Shown here one piece after another: positions 48,038 through 58,170 of a stretch of DNA of 64,000 bases (positions are counted from its first letter, which is position 1; every line of letters begins with the position of its first letter). The notes under the pieces were generated by a model, which worked only from the letters and a program-made list of their open reading frames with translations, was not told where the DNA came from and did no database searches. Source of the DNA: Desulfatiglandales bacterium (GTDB taxonomy: Bacteria > Desulfobacterota > DSM-4660 > Desulfatiglandales > Desulfatiglandaceae); the NCBI GenBank assembly GCA_963662465.1, contig OY759599.1:2208001-2272000 (forward strand), given 5' to 3'. The position numbers were made by a program, and so were the translations under genes.

Positions 48038-48427
48038 AGGTAACTATGTCTTTTTTGACATAGTGCAAGTTCACAACAAAACCAAATATCAACCTTTCCC
48101 GGATCCTTAATTTACGGTAACTGAAGCTTTTTAAAAGACGACGTTTGCGGCAACTTTTTGGCCCTGGCCAAGCAAATTAATGCTGCGAGATTCGAATCAA
48201 TTATCTTAACATTTCAATGTCTTTTTAACCGCACATCATTGCCGGGAAGCAACCTTTTTTCAAATGGATCAAGCAGAACCCCAGGATAAAAACCTTCTTG
48301 GAGACCAGCTGGAATGCTGCAATAACCCAACTATGGATAGCAGCGGTCGCTATGCCCTGTCTGACATATTATAACCCCATCTGAGCATGTTTAACAGATT
48401 TTTATAAAAAAAATGCTATTTTTCCTC

Positions 48428-48470
48428 TTGACACAAAATTCACCTAATGGTATTAAGTAACCCTCGGTTA
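48428..48470 (+). promoter_or_regulatory. Sigma70-type promoter with adjacent palindromic operator candidate
   Basis: TTGACA-17 nt-TATTAA with TGn extension, then TAACC-CTC-GGTTA over the predicted start site. Confidence 0.55.
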
Positions 48471-48735
48471 GGGAAAAAATAAAAAAACACAAGATATATA
48501 TAACAAATACTTAATGGCCCTAATGTGGATATGTTTATAATTCATTCGTTTTTGATATACCGATTATTGGTTTTTTAAATTTGCGTTATTTGTTTCTTTC
48601 ATCATTTAGGAAGTGTTTTCTTTAAACATATCTTTAGTTTTATTAGGATGATAAAGACAACACATTTCAATTATATATCTTACCTATTGATTTTTTAAGG
48701 TAATGTTTTTTGAGGGTTTCTAAGGTCATCAAGAA

Positions 48736-49407
48736 ATGCCAGGCAAGGTTCAAAAGACGAATACAAAAGAGCGCATTATTGATTCTGCAAGGGAACTGTT
48801 TGCTGAAAAGGGATATCAGCAAACAACGGTAGTGGATATTTCCAAAAAGGCAGGTCTTTCAGAGGCGGCGCTTTATGAATATTTTCAGGGAAAGGAAGGC
48901 CTTTTGCTCACCATCCCCGACCTGTGGGTATCTCAGTTACTGAATGATCTTGACGGACAGCTATTTGGCATTAAGGGCGCTTCAAATAAATTAAGGAAGT
49001 TTTTGTGGTGGTATCTTCACAAGGTGGAGGAATCCCCGCTGGATGCCAAGATCGTTTATCTGTTCCTTAAAACGAACGCCAACTTCATGAAAACAGAAGT
49101 GTATAGCAATGTGAAGGCGCTCTATGGAAACTTGATTGATATTTTTGAAGAAGGACGGTGTGAAGGTGAAATGAAGCCGGACCTCAATCCCTATTTCGCC
49201 AGGGATATTCTCATCGGGACCATGGAACATATGGTTACCCGCTGGCTTTTGAAAGAGAGGACTTATTCACTGTTTGAAAATCTGGAAGAAGTTTTCGAGT
49301 TAATGCTGGATGCGTTTAAAGCCGCCGGCGAGACGTCGTCGGTGGAAAAAGGTAAAAGTGGCGCGAATAGATTAGGGAGACCTGATGATGAAAATAAACA
49401 GGATTGA
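48736..49407 (+). CDS. TetR/AcrR-family regulator
   Basis: IIDSARELFAEKGY..TTVVDISKKAGLSEAALYEYF. Confidence 0.93.
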   Translation: MPGKVQKTNTKERIIDSARELFAEKGYQQTTVVDISKKAGLSEAALYEYFQGKEGLLLTIPDLWVSQLLNDLDGQLFGIKGASNKLRKFLWWYLHKVEESPLDAKIVYLFLKTNANFMKTEVYSNVKALYGNLIDIFEEGRCEGEMKPDLNPYFARDILIGTMEHMVTRWLLKERTYSLFENLEEVFELMLDAFKAAGETSSVEKGKSGANRLGRPDDENKQD

Positions 49408-49804
49408 TCATATATGTATTGCGGTCAAGGATTTGGAGGCGGCCAAGAAGGTCTGGGAGCCCATGTTGGGTAAATCAGGTCCTGATGATGCCTATGTTGA
49501 TGAACTTGAAAAGATCAATGTGGCCAGATACTATGTCGGTGAAGTCGGATTTGAGTTGATGGAATCGACGACCCCTGATGCAGACGTGGCAAAGTTCATT
49601 GCCAAGAACGGTGAGGGGATCATGCTCATCAGTTTTAATGTGGACAACACCAGAAAGGCCATTGATGAACTGAAGGCGAAGGACTATCCGTTTATTCCGG
49701 ATTCAAGAGGCGAACTTGCAAGACCTTTTCGGGATTGCGAATTCGCTTTTATACACCCCAAAAAACTAAATGGCGTTCTGACCGAACTTATCGATGATAA
49801 ATAG
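49385..49804 (+). CDS. VOC-family protein (methylmalonyl-CoA epimerase-like), copy 1
   Basis: IDHICIAVKDL, FELME, FIHPK..GVLTEL. Confidence 0.88.
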   Translation: MMKINRIDHICIAVKDLEAAKKVWEPMLGKSGPDDAYVDELEKINVARYYVGEVGFELMESTTPDADVAKFIAKNGEGIMLISFNVDNTRKAIDELKAKDYPFIPDSRGELARPFRDCEFAFIHPKKLNGVLTELIDDK

Positions 49805-49854
49805 GACGAGTTTAAGCATGGTTTTTCGGCGGGATATTTATATAGGGGGAAGAA

Positions 49855-51894
49855 ATGAGATACGCGGAAACAGGGTTTAATTTAGAAGTCGATTTGACTC
49901 TGGGCAATATTGAGCGGGTAGAAACAGACCCGGAAATAACCAGACTTCATCTGGGTGGCAATGGCAGTGCCGCTAGAATTATATGGGACAGAGTGAGTCC
50001 GGAGACCGATGCCTTTTCTCCTGATAATCTGCTCATATTCAGCGCGGGCCTCTTTGACGGTACGCCTATACCAGCAGCCAACCGAACGATGGTCGATACC
50101 ATTTCTCCCCAGACGAACATGTGGTCTAATTCGATTTTTGGCGGTTATTTTGGGCCGGAACTCAAACATGCCGGCTACGATAAGATCGTCATTAAAGGCA
50201 AAGCCGAAGATCTGGTATATTTATGGATACACAATGACAAAGTGGAAATACGGGATGCCTCTCACCTCAAGGGGGTAGGCGCTCAGGCGACCGCACATGC
50301 CATTAAAGATGAATTAGGCGATCGTAACATTCAAGTGGCCGCCATCGGTCTTGCCGGCGAAAACAGGCTTTTGATGGCCTCCATAGAACACTACAACGCC
50401 GCCGCAGCGCGTGGCGTCGGGTCGGTTATGGGGGATAAGCGGCTCAAGGCCATAGCCGTGCGCGGCACAAAAGATTTTCAGGTTGCCGAGCCCGAAGAGC
50501 TGTTCAAATTATGTCTTAAGCACTATCAGGATATCCATGAAAGTCCCTTTAACGGGGACCTCATGGCAATCGAATGGAACGATGCCTGGCACCATAACAA
50601 TTTTGCCTGGGGCAATGCACGCACACGGAGAAGAGACTTCTGGACCCAGGAGCAGGAAGACCGGTGGAAGGAATACACGCTGAAAATCCGTGACCGGTTA
50701 CAGGGCTGCTATAATTGTCCCAAAAACTGCCACCTCGTGGTCAAACCACCCGGACGGCAAAGGTACATCTTAAAATGCTTCGGAAAAGGCACCTGGCATA
50801 TGGCGGCTTTCGAAGAGCTTCCATTTACCTTTGACATACTGGCCTTAAGCCAGGAGTACGGCGTCGATAGCTATGCGGCGCCGCAAACCATCGCTTTCGC
50901 CATCGAACTTTACGAAGCAGGCATTTTAACGGACAAGGAGCTGCCTGATTTTCCGGAAAAATCCGCCGACAGGTTTTACTATCTTCTTGAAAAGCTTGTC
51001 CGGAGGGAAGGGATCGGGGATGTCCTGGCCAATGGCGTCTATCGGGCCGCCCGTGAGATCGGCAACGGCGCCGAAGAATATGATCATAACACCATGAAAA
51101 AATTTGAGCAGATACCGCTCAAGCTGGGAAGAGTGAATTATCCGTATTACCTCATGTACTGCACCAGCGACAAGATGGCCATTAATCAAACTGAGGGCTC
51201 TTTTCCGCAGGACCCCATTAAAGACCTTAAGGAGAGACAGGAATTCGCCGATGGTTGGATGTCGGCGCCAGTGAGGTTCAAAAAATTCTTCATGGAATGG
51301 GAACCGCGCTCACATCAGTCATTTGAAGCGGCCATTAACATTTGCGATTGGAACGAAACCATGCACTACATGGATGACGCCCTTGGCATTTGCGCCTTCT
51401 GTTCATCATTCAGGGGTCAGTTCGGCGGCGGCTCAGCCTATAACATCTATAATGTACCTCATTTTATCAAACTGGCGACCGGGATCGAAATGGATTCCGA
51501 CGACTTGTGGCAAGTCACCAGAAGAAGCCGCAATCTTGTGAGGGCCATCAATATCAGCAGAGGATTGAAAAGAGCCGACGAGAAGCCACCCGCGGACCAC
51601 TGGATAAAAAGGGAGCCGGAAAACGAGCAGAAACTTCTTGACGGCTACTACAAATTCAAGGGCTGGACCAACGAAGGCGTTCCCACAAAACAGACTTTGG
51701 ATAAATTGGGCTTAAGCGATGTCGCGGATGAACTCATCCGACGGGGACACCTTAAAGGCGATGAAGATATTTGCTATACGGATCAATCCTGTTACTCAGA
51801 AGATAGACCTAGACCAAAAAATAGTGCGGAAGCGCTGAAGTTCCGTAAGGCCAAGAATTTCACTCTAACTGAGTATATTGACAAGAATAAATAG
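49855..51894 (+). CDS. bamB: Tungstopterin AOR-family protein, class II benzoyl-CoA reductase BamB-like (divergent)
   Basis: MRYAETG start, WGNARTRRRDFW, CYNCPKNC, LKCF, YYLMYCT, MHYMDDALG; followed by bamC-I-like genes. Confidence 0.85.
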   Translation: MRYAETGFNLEVDLTLGNIERVETDPEITRLHLGGNGSAARIIWDRVSPETDAFSPDNLLIFSAGLFDGTPIPAANRTMVDTISPQTNMWSNSIFGGYFGPELKHAGYDKIVIKGKAEDLVYLWIHNDKVEIRDASHLKGVGAQATAHAIKDELGDRNIQVAAIGLAGENRLLMASIEHYNAAAARGVGSVMGDKRLKAIAVRGTKDFQVAEPEELFKLCLKHYQDIHESPFNGDLMAIEWNDAWHHNNFAWGNARTRRRDFWTQEQEDRWKEYTLKIRDRLQGCYNCPKNCHLVVKPPGRQRYILKCFGKGTWHMAAFEELPFTFDILALSQEYGVDSYAAPQTIAFAIELYEAGILTDKELPDFPEKSADRFYYLLEKLVRREGIGDVLANGVYRAAREIGNGAEEYDHNTMKKFEQIPLKLGRVNYPYYLMYCTSDKMAINQTEGSFPQDPIKDLKERQEFADGWMSAPVRFKKFFMEWEPRSHQSFEAAINICDWNETMHYMDDALGICAFCSSFRGQFGGGSAYNIYNVPHFIKLATGIEMDSDDLWQVTRRSRNLVRAINISRGLKRADEKPPADHWIKREPENEQKLLDGYYKFKGWTNEGVPTKQTLDKLGLSDVADELIRRGHLKGDEDICYTDQSCYSEDRPRPKNSAEALKFRKAKNFTLTEYIDKNK

Positions 51895-51902
51895 TCCGAG
51901 AG

Positions 51903-52469
51903 GTGAAAAGAGCAATGGGTAAACCGGTAAAAAAAATAATTAAAGAAATAAAAGTAGACTTAAGCAAATGCAACGGTTGCCGCGCCTGTGAGCAAGCCTG
52001 TGCTGCATTTCACGCCGTACCGAAATACAGTTGCTTCAACCCGGCCCGCTCTCGGATCAAGGTGGTCATCGATGAAAGAAACGATCAATGGGTGCCGGTT
52101 CGCGCCGGCGGCTATACGCAGGCCGAATGCAGCGGCCGGAGCCATTATGTGATCGCGGGCAAGGAGTATTCGGAATGCGCTCTATGTCCGGCGTCCTGCC
52201 CATCGAGGGATTGGTTCAAGGAACCTGATTCGGGTCTTCCTCTCAAATGCGACATGTGTGAAGATGTACCCCCGCTTTCGGAACCCATGTGTGTACAGAT
52301 GTGCGCTCGTGATTGCTTGACCTATTCGGAAAGGGAAGTGTTTGTGGACGAGGAAGAAACGCAGGAAGCAGAAAATGTAATAGAGTTAAAGACGGCCTAC
52401 GAGGCACTCGTGAAGAAACACGGGCAAAAAAAAGTCGTGGATACTTTTTCTCGATTATCACAGCGCTAA
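51903..52469 (+). CDS. bamC: Ferredoxin-like Fe-S subunit BamC
   Basis: CNGCRACEQAC, CALCPASCPSRDWFKEPDSGLPLKCDMC; start may be ATG 51915. Confidence 0.88.
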   Translation: MKRAMGKPVKKIIKEIKVDLSKCNGCRACEQACAAFHAVPKYSCFNPARSRIKVVIDERNDQWVPVRAGGYTQAECSGRSHYVIAGKEYSECALCPASCPSRDWFKEPDSGLPLKCDMCEDVPPLSEPMCVQMCARDCLTYSEREVFVDEEETQEAENVIELKTAYEALVKKHGQKKVVDTFSRLSQR

Positions 52470-52477
52470 GAAGAAAA

Positions 52478-52571
52478 AGTTATCAGTTATCAGTTATCAG
52501 TAACAGCCTATTGATATTAATTTCAAAATCACCTCCAGTCCTGACAACTGACAGCTGAAAACTGACAACTG
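52478..52571. repeat. Inverted heptamer arrays between bamC and bamD
   Basis: (AGTTATC)x3 ... CTGACAA-like x4; the arms are complementary with G-U pairs or mismatches. Confidence 0.75.
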
Positions 52572-52598
52572 CTGTACAAAAGCGGAGGCTAAAAAAGA

Positions 52599-53759
52599 GT
52601 GGAGACTGTAGCACCCTTAGAAGAGGTATTGGATCTCATAAAAGAGACCGGTGGTGAATCTTTCAGGTATTGCTATCAATGCGGCTTGTGCGATGTTGTC
52701 TGTCCGTGGAATCGGGTTCGAGACTTCAGTATGCGCAAGCTGATCCGGCAGGCCAATTTCGGGTTGACTGAGATAGAAACAGAAGAGATCTGGCGTTGTA
52801 CGACCTGCGGAAGATGCAAGCAGAGTTGCCCCCGGGGTGTCAATCAGATAGAAGTCGGGGTATCCTCACGCAGAATTGCCACGGAATTCGGTGTATTTCC
52901 TACATCCGTACGTCCGGTGCGCGGTGTAAGTTCCAGCCTGCTCGGCGAAGGCAATCCCTTGAGTGAAGACCGAAAGAATCGAGCGGATTGGGCCAAAGGT
53001 CTGTCCGTAAACACCTTCACTAAGGGGATGGAGATTTTGTATTTCCCCGGCTGCTACCCCAGCTATGACCCCAGATTGAAGAAAGTAGCTGCCGCCACGG
53101 TGAAGATCCTTAAAAAGGCAGGGGTCGATTTCGGGATACTGGGAACCAAAGAGAACTGTTGTGGTGAAAGCATCCGCAAGACCGGCGATGAGGAATGTTT
53201 CAATCGTTTGGCCAGGGAAAATATCAAAACGTTTATCGACAATGGCGTCAAGAAAATCCTTGTTTCTTCCCCGCATTGCTACCACACCTTCAAGAACGAG
53301 TATCCCGAGTTTATGGTACACTTTGAAGTGGTTCATATGAGCCAGTATATATTCGAGCTCATCAATGCGGGCAAACTTGAACTCACCAAGAGCTATGACA
53401 AGAAAATTACCTACCATGATCCCTGTTACCTGGGTCGTCATAACGGCATTTTTGACGAACCCCGGGAGACTTTAAAAGGGATATCCGGTTTGGAACTGGT
53501 TGAAATGCCTGATTCGCGTGAAGACAGCCTCTGCTGCGGCGGGGGTGGCGGCAGGATTTGGATGGAAACACCCAAAGGAGAGAGATTCTCCGATCTCAGA
53601 GTGGAACAGGCCAGGGGCGTTGGCGCAGAGGTGCTGGTGACAGCCTGTCCGTATTGCATCACCCATTTTGAGGATAGCCGCTTAGCCCTGGAAGATTCGG
53701 ACACCGGCGCAGGTGTTGAGGTTAAGGACATCACGGAAATTATCCAGGAAGTGATTTAG
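52599..53759 (+). CDS. bamD: HdrD-like Fe-S protein with CCG domains, BamD
   Basis: CYQCGLCDVVCP, CTTCGRC, ENCCG, YHDPCYLGRHN, CCGGGGG. Confidence 0.88.
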   Translation: METVAPLEEVLDLIKETGGESFRYCYQCGLCDVVCPWNRVRDFSMRKLIRQANFGLTEIETEEIWRCTTCGRCKQSCPRGVNQIEVGVSSRRIATEFGVFPTSVRPVRGVSSSLLGEGNPLSEDRKNRADWAKGLSVNTFTKGMEILYFPGCYPSYDPRLKKVAAATVKILKKAGVDFGILGTKENCCGESIRKTGDEECFNRLARENIKTFIDNGVKKILVSSPHCYHTFKNEYPEFMVHFEVVHMSQYIFELINAGKLELTKSYDKKITYHDPCYLGRHNGIFDEPRETLKGISGLELVEMPDSREDSLCCGGGGGRIWMETPKGERFSDLRVEQARGVGAEVLVTACPYCITHFEDSRLALEDSDTGAGVEVKDITEIIQEVI

Positions 53760-53794
53760 GGAATCCATAAAACCAAAATTAAGGACGGAAAGAA

Positions 53795-56700
53795 GTGGAA
53801 AAAGAATTGGTTGAAGGACAGTTTGCTAATCGTCCCGTAGACGGTAATTTTGGAGACGTGATGGTTGTCGGTGGCGGCATCAGCGGCATTCAGGCCTCAC
53901 TTGACCTGGCGGATACGGGCTTTAGGGTGTATCTGGTTGATAAAGCACCGGCCATCGGTGGAAAGATGTCCCAACTGGACAAGACCTTTCCCACAAATGA
54001 CTGCTCCATGTGTATTGAGTCGCCAAAATTTATTGAATGCAGCAGACATCCCAATATAGAGATTCTGACATACACTGAAGTTGAGCGTATAAAAGGAAAG
54101 CCCGGAGACTTCAAGGTCACCCTGACCAAAAAGCCAAGATACATCATAGAAGAAAGATGCACCGGTTGTACGAGTTGTGTTGAGGTTTGCCCGGTCAAGG
54201 TCCCGGATGAATACAATCAAAACCTTTCTTTGAATAAGGCCATCCACATCTACTTTTCTCAGGCCGTTCCGCTGATTACTTATGTGGACCCGAATACCTG
54301 CCTTTATCTCCAGGATGAAAAATGCAACATCTGTATCGGTGTCTGTCAAAATAAAGCGATCGATCTTAACCAAAAGGAAGAGACGATCCAAATAGAGGTG
54401 GGCGCTATCATCATGGCGCCGGGGTTTGAGGTATTTAACCCAAAACTTCGGAATGACTATGGCTACGGCATCATGGAAAATGTGGTGACCAGCCTGGACT
54501 TTGAACGGATACTTTGTTCCACCGGCCCCTATGAGGGGGAGATAAGACGGCCTTCCGACAAAAAACATCCGAAGAAAATCGCCTGGATTCAGTGCGTGGG
54601 ATCCCGGCAAGTCATTGAGGGCGGGAACAGCTATTGTTCCGGCGTATGCTGCGCGTATACGCAAAAACAGGTGATCCTGGCAAAGGATCATGAAGAGGAT
54701 CTTGAAGCTAAGATTTTCCATAACGATATTCGTGCATTCGGCAAGGATTTCGAGCGGTTTTATCAGCGTGCGGAAAACCTGCAAGGCGTTGAATTTATCA
54801 GAAGCTATGTCGTGGTCAGCAAAGAGGACCCGGAAACAAAAAATGTCTCCATAAGATATTCGACGACGGATGGCGGCGTTAAGGAAGAAGAATTTGAACT
54901 CGTTGTATTATCCGTGGGGTTAAACCCGCCCAAGGATGCGGAAGCATTGGCGAACCAGTTTGGCATTGAGCTTGACGAACACGGGTTCTGCAAATCCAAT
55001 CCGCTAAATCCCATTGAGACCACGCGGCCGGGAATTTTTGTCAGCGGCGCGTTTCAGGGGCCCATCGATATTCCCGAGTCAGTCATGGGCGCCAGTGGGG
55101 CCGATGCCCTCTGCAGTCAGCTGTTGGCGTACCGCCGCGGAGATCTTGCCATAGACCGGGTCTATCCGCCGGAGAGGGATGTATCCCAGGAGGCGCCCCG
55201 TGTGGGGGTTTTTGTATGCCATTGCGGCGCCAATATCGGCAGGGTGGTGGATGTGCCGGCGGTTGTAGCGTATGCGGCCGGTCTTCCAAATGTGGTGCAT
55301 GCCCAGGAGAGCCTTTTTGCCTGCTCCACGGACAATGCCAAGCAGATATCGGGTCAGATACGGGAAAAAGGACTCAACCGGGTGGTGGTAGCCGCCTGCA
55401 CGCCAAGAACCCATGAGCCGTTATTCAGGGATACCTGCCGTGAAGGGGGTATCAACCAATACTTCTATGAAATGGCCAATATCAGAGAACACTGCGCCTG
55501 GGTGCATTCCAAGGATCCGGAGAACGCCACCCGGAAAGCCAAGGAGATCGTTCATATGTCCGTGGCCCGGGCTTCGCTTTTGGCTCCCCTCAAGGAATAT
55601 GAGCTGCCGGTGAACAAAACAGCATTGGTGGTCGGCGGCGGGCTTGCCGGCATGACCAGTGCGCTCAGCATGGCCAAACAGGGATTTCAAGTTCAGCTGC
55701 TGGAAAAGGATAAGGCGCTGGGAGGCATGGCGCGAAGAATTCATACCACCCTGGAAGGGATGGATGTTCAGGCTTTCTTAAAAGACATGATCAAAAAGAT
55801 ATATCAACATCCTTTGATCCGGATCACCCATAATGCGACCATCACGAATGTGATGGGATATGTGGGCAACTTCGTCACCACGGTAAAGAGCGACGGACGG
55901 GTCAAAGACATTAAGCATGGCGCCGCCATTCTTGCCACGGGGGCGGTGGAATACAAACCCACCGAGTACCTTTACGGAGAAAACGATCAGGTGCTGACCC
56001 AGCTGGAGCTGGAAGCGCGGATCAGCCAAAAAGATGGAGCGCTGAGCCAAACCGGCAGTCTGGTCATGATTCAATGCGTCGGGTGCCGAAACGAGGACAG
56101 AAATTACTGTTCCCGCATCTGTTGCAGCCACGCCATAAAGAATGCCATGAACCTGAAAGCGCTGAATCCCAAAATGAACATCTACATTCTCTTTAGAGAC
56201 ATGAGAACCTATGGGTATCGGGAAGATTATTATCGTGAGGCCGCCGATAAGGGCGTGAAATTTATCCGCTGGGAATCGGATGCGGGGCCCGAAGTGGAAC
56301 CAACCACCGAGGGCGGTAAAAACATATTAAGAGTGACGGTGCCGGACCCCATCCTGGGCCAACGATTGGAACTGGATGCGGATATCCTGACACTCTCAGC
56401 CGCGGTAATTCCATCTGAAGACAGTACGGAAGTGGCGCGGCTGTTCAAGGTGGCCATGAATCCGGACGGTTTCTTTCAGGAAGCCCATGTAAAATTAAGG
56501 CCGGTAGATTTTGCGGCCGAGGGGGTATTTTTGTGCGGTACCGCGCATTACCCCAAGCATATCACGGAGAGCATCACCCAGGCATATGGCGCGGCGGGTC
56601 GAGCGGTCACTATCCTGACCAAGGATTCGGTGACGGCCTCGGGCGCTGTCTGCGAGGTCGATGAAAGCGCATGCGAATCGTGCGGGGCATGTATATCCGT

Positions 56701-56872
56701 TTGTAACTATGGCGCCATAGAATTTCACGAAACAGAAAAAGGCAAGAAGGCCAAGGTGAATCCGGTTCTCTGTAAAGGGGACGGTCTTTGCAACACGGTG
56801 TGTCCGGCGAGGGCAATTTCTTTGAAACACTTTACCGATGATGAGATCTTTTGCCAGATTGATGCGGCCTAG
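53795..56872 (+). CDS. bamE: HdrA-like flavoprotein BamE
   Basis: Two GGGxxG FAD domains, LDKTFPTNDC, IQCVGSR/IQCVGCR, GVFVCHCG, ferredoxin motifs. Confidence 0.9.
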   Translation: MEKELVEGQFANRPVDGNFGDVMVVGGGISGIQASLDLADTGFRVYLVDKAPAIGGKMSQLDKTFPTNDCSMCIESPKFIECSRHPNIEILTYTEVERIKGKPGDFKVTLTKKPRYIIEERCTGCTSCVEVCPVKVPDEYNQNLSLNKAIHIYFSQAVPLITYVDPNTCLYLQDEKCNICIGVCQNKAIDLNQKEETIQIEVGAIIMAPGFEVFNPKLRNDYGYGIMENVVTSLDFERILCSTGPYEGEIRRPSDKKHPKKIAWIQCVGSRQVIEGGNSYCSGVCCAYTQKQVILAKDHEEDLEAKIFHNDIRAFGKDFERFYQRAENLQGVEFIRSYVVVSKEDPETKNVSIRYSTTDGGVKEEEFELVVLSVGLNPPKDAEALANQFGIELDEHGFCKSNPLNPIETTRPGIFVSGAFQGPIDIPESVMGASGADALCSQLLAYRRGDLAIDRVYPPERDVSQEAPRVGVFVCHCGANIGRVVDVPAVVAYAAGLPNVVHAQESLFACSTDNAKQISGQIREKGLNRVVVAACTPRTHEPLFRDTCREGGINQYFYEMANIREHCAWVHSKDPENATRKAKEIVHMSVARASLLAPLKEYELPVNKTALVVGGGLAGMTSALSMAKQGFQVQLLEKDKALGGMARRIHTTLEGMDVQAFLKDMIKKIYQHPLIRITHNATITNVMGYVGNFVTTVKSDGRVKDIKHGAAILATGAVEYKPTEYLYGENDQVLTQLELEARISQKDGALSQTGSLVMIQCVGCRNEDRNYCSRICCSHAIKNAMNLKALNPKMNIYILFRDMRTYGYREDYYREAADKGVKFIRWESDAGPEVEPTTEGGKNILRVTVPDPILGQRLELDADILTLSAAVIPSEDSTEVARLFKVAMNPDGFFQEAHVKLRPVDFAAEGVFLCGTAHYPKHITESITQAYGAAGRAVTILTKDSVTASGAVCEVDESACESCGACISVCNYGAIEFHETEKGKKAKVNPVLCKGDGLCNTVCPARAISLKHFTDDEIFCQIDAA

Positions 56873-56886
56873 AAGGAGTAAAAAAA

Positions 56887-57654
56887 ATGGGTAGAGGACT
56901 GGAATTTAAACCCAGCATCTTAGGGTTTTTATGCAACTGGTGAGGATACTCCGCTGCTGATTTGGCTGGAGTTTCCAGACTACAATATGCGTCAGATATT
57001 AAGATTATTCGTGTCATGTGTACCGGCAGGGTCGACTTGTCATTTATCTTCCGAGCGCTTTTGAATGGTAAGGACGGCGTATTGATCGGCGGATGCCATC
57101 TCGGTGAATGCCATTATGTGACCCAGGGAAATTATGGTGCGTTCAGTACGCTTTACATCGGAAGAAAACTCCTCGAAACCATCGGGCTTAACCCCGAGAG
57201 GTTAAGGCTCGAGTACATTGCCGCCTCCGAGGGGAGCCGGTACGCCGAGGTGATGAATGACTTTTCTTCGAAGGTGAGGGAATTGGGACCTCTCGGTAAG
57301 GGTGAGGGGATGGATGGAACCGTTTTAAGGCGAAAACTTGAAGTGGTTTATAATTTAGTCCCATACATAAAACTCGTGGAAAGAGAGCGGTTGCGCGTGC
57401 CGGTAAAATCAGTCGAGGCGTACAAGGCGTTTTTCACGGGTGATGAATTTGATAAAATATTCCAGGAGTTGGTTGCGGATAAGATGGAAATGGGCCAAAT
57501 GATGGCGATCCTTCGAGAAAAACCTTGTTCAGCCAAAGAGATTTCTGAAATTTTAGGGGTAACGCCGGGTGAAGCGTCCAATCAGCTGAAACGCTCCGCG
57601 AGGCAGGGATTTGTCGAATTTGATGAAAGCCATATGCGCTTTTGTGTTGCATAG
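56887..57654 (+). CDS. bamF: MvhD-like selenoprotein BamF (Sec at codon 19, UGA 56941-56943)
   Basis: AGGAG RBS + MGRGLEFKPSILGFLCNW-U-GYSAADLAG..RVMCTGRVD..GGCHLGECHY; U occupies the Cys of the MvhD CNWC motif; the ORF track starts too late. Confidence 0.92.
56948..56972 (+). promoter_or_regulatory. SECIS element of bamF
   Basis: ACTCCG-(CT bulge)-GCT-[GATTT loop]-GGC-TGGAGT; loop G is 16 nt after the UGA. Confidence 0.7.
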
Positions 57655-57708
57655 GGCGATCACCCTTCCAGCAAGCTTGGAAAATAAAGAAGAGTTAGGA
57701 CAGCAGCT

Positions 57709-58161
57709 ATGGATAATGGTAAAATCGAGAAGATTATAGATGGATATCCGAGTGACCCGAGTTCACTGATTCAGGTATTGATCGATATTCAGAGCGAACT
57801 TCGATGGCTTCCCAAGGAAGCATTAAAGTTGGTCAGTCAGAAACTTAACGTACCCATGAACCGGATACAGCACATTATCACCTTTTATAAGGCGTTCAGT
57901 ATCGTGCCCAAAGGACGCCATGAAATTCATGTGTGTACCGGGACCGCCTGTCATGTGCGCGGGGCGACGCGTGTTCTGGATGCAGTTGAAGCGTATACCG
58001 GAATCTGCCCCGGCGAGACGGACGAGAATTTAAAGTACAGCCTTGATACCGTGAGTTGTGTCGGTTGCTGTGCCCTGGGACCGGTGGTGGTCGTTGATGG
58101 CGAATATCATGGCAATATGGGATCGGCAAAGGCCGAAGAAGTGTTGAAAAACTACGAGTAA
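57709..58161 (+). CDS. bamG: NuoE-like subunit BamG
   Basis: VCTGTACHVRG, SCVGCCALGP. Confidence 0.9.
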   Translation: MDNGKIEKIIDGYPSDPSSLIQVLIDIQSELRWLPKEALKLVSQKLNVPMNRIQHIITFYKAFSIVPKGRHEIHVCTGTACHVRGATRVLDAVEAYTGICPGETDENLKYSLDTVSCVGCCALGPVVVVDGEYHGNMGSAKAEEVLKNYE

Positions 58162-58170
58162 GGAAGAATT

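Noticed and set aside
49802..49804. TAG as a pyrrolysine codon
   Set aside because: It aligns with Trp (TGG) in the paralog, one substitution away, and no pyl genes are present; a nonsense mutation is simpler.
52478..52571. CRISPR array (also considered for other repeat clusters)
   Set aside because: Heptamer tandems without unique spacers; no cas genes.
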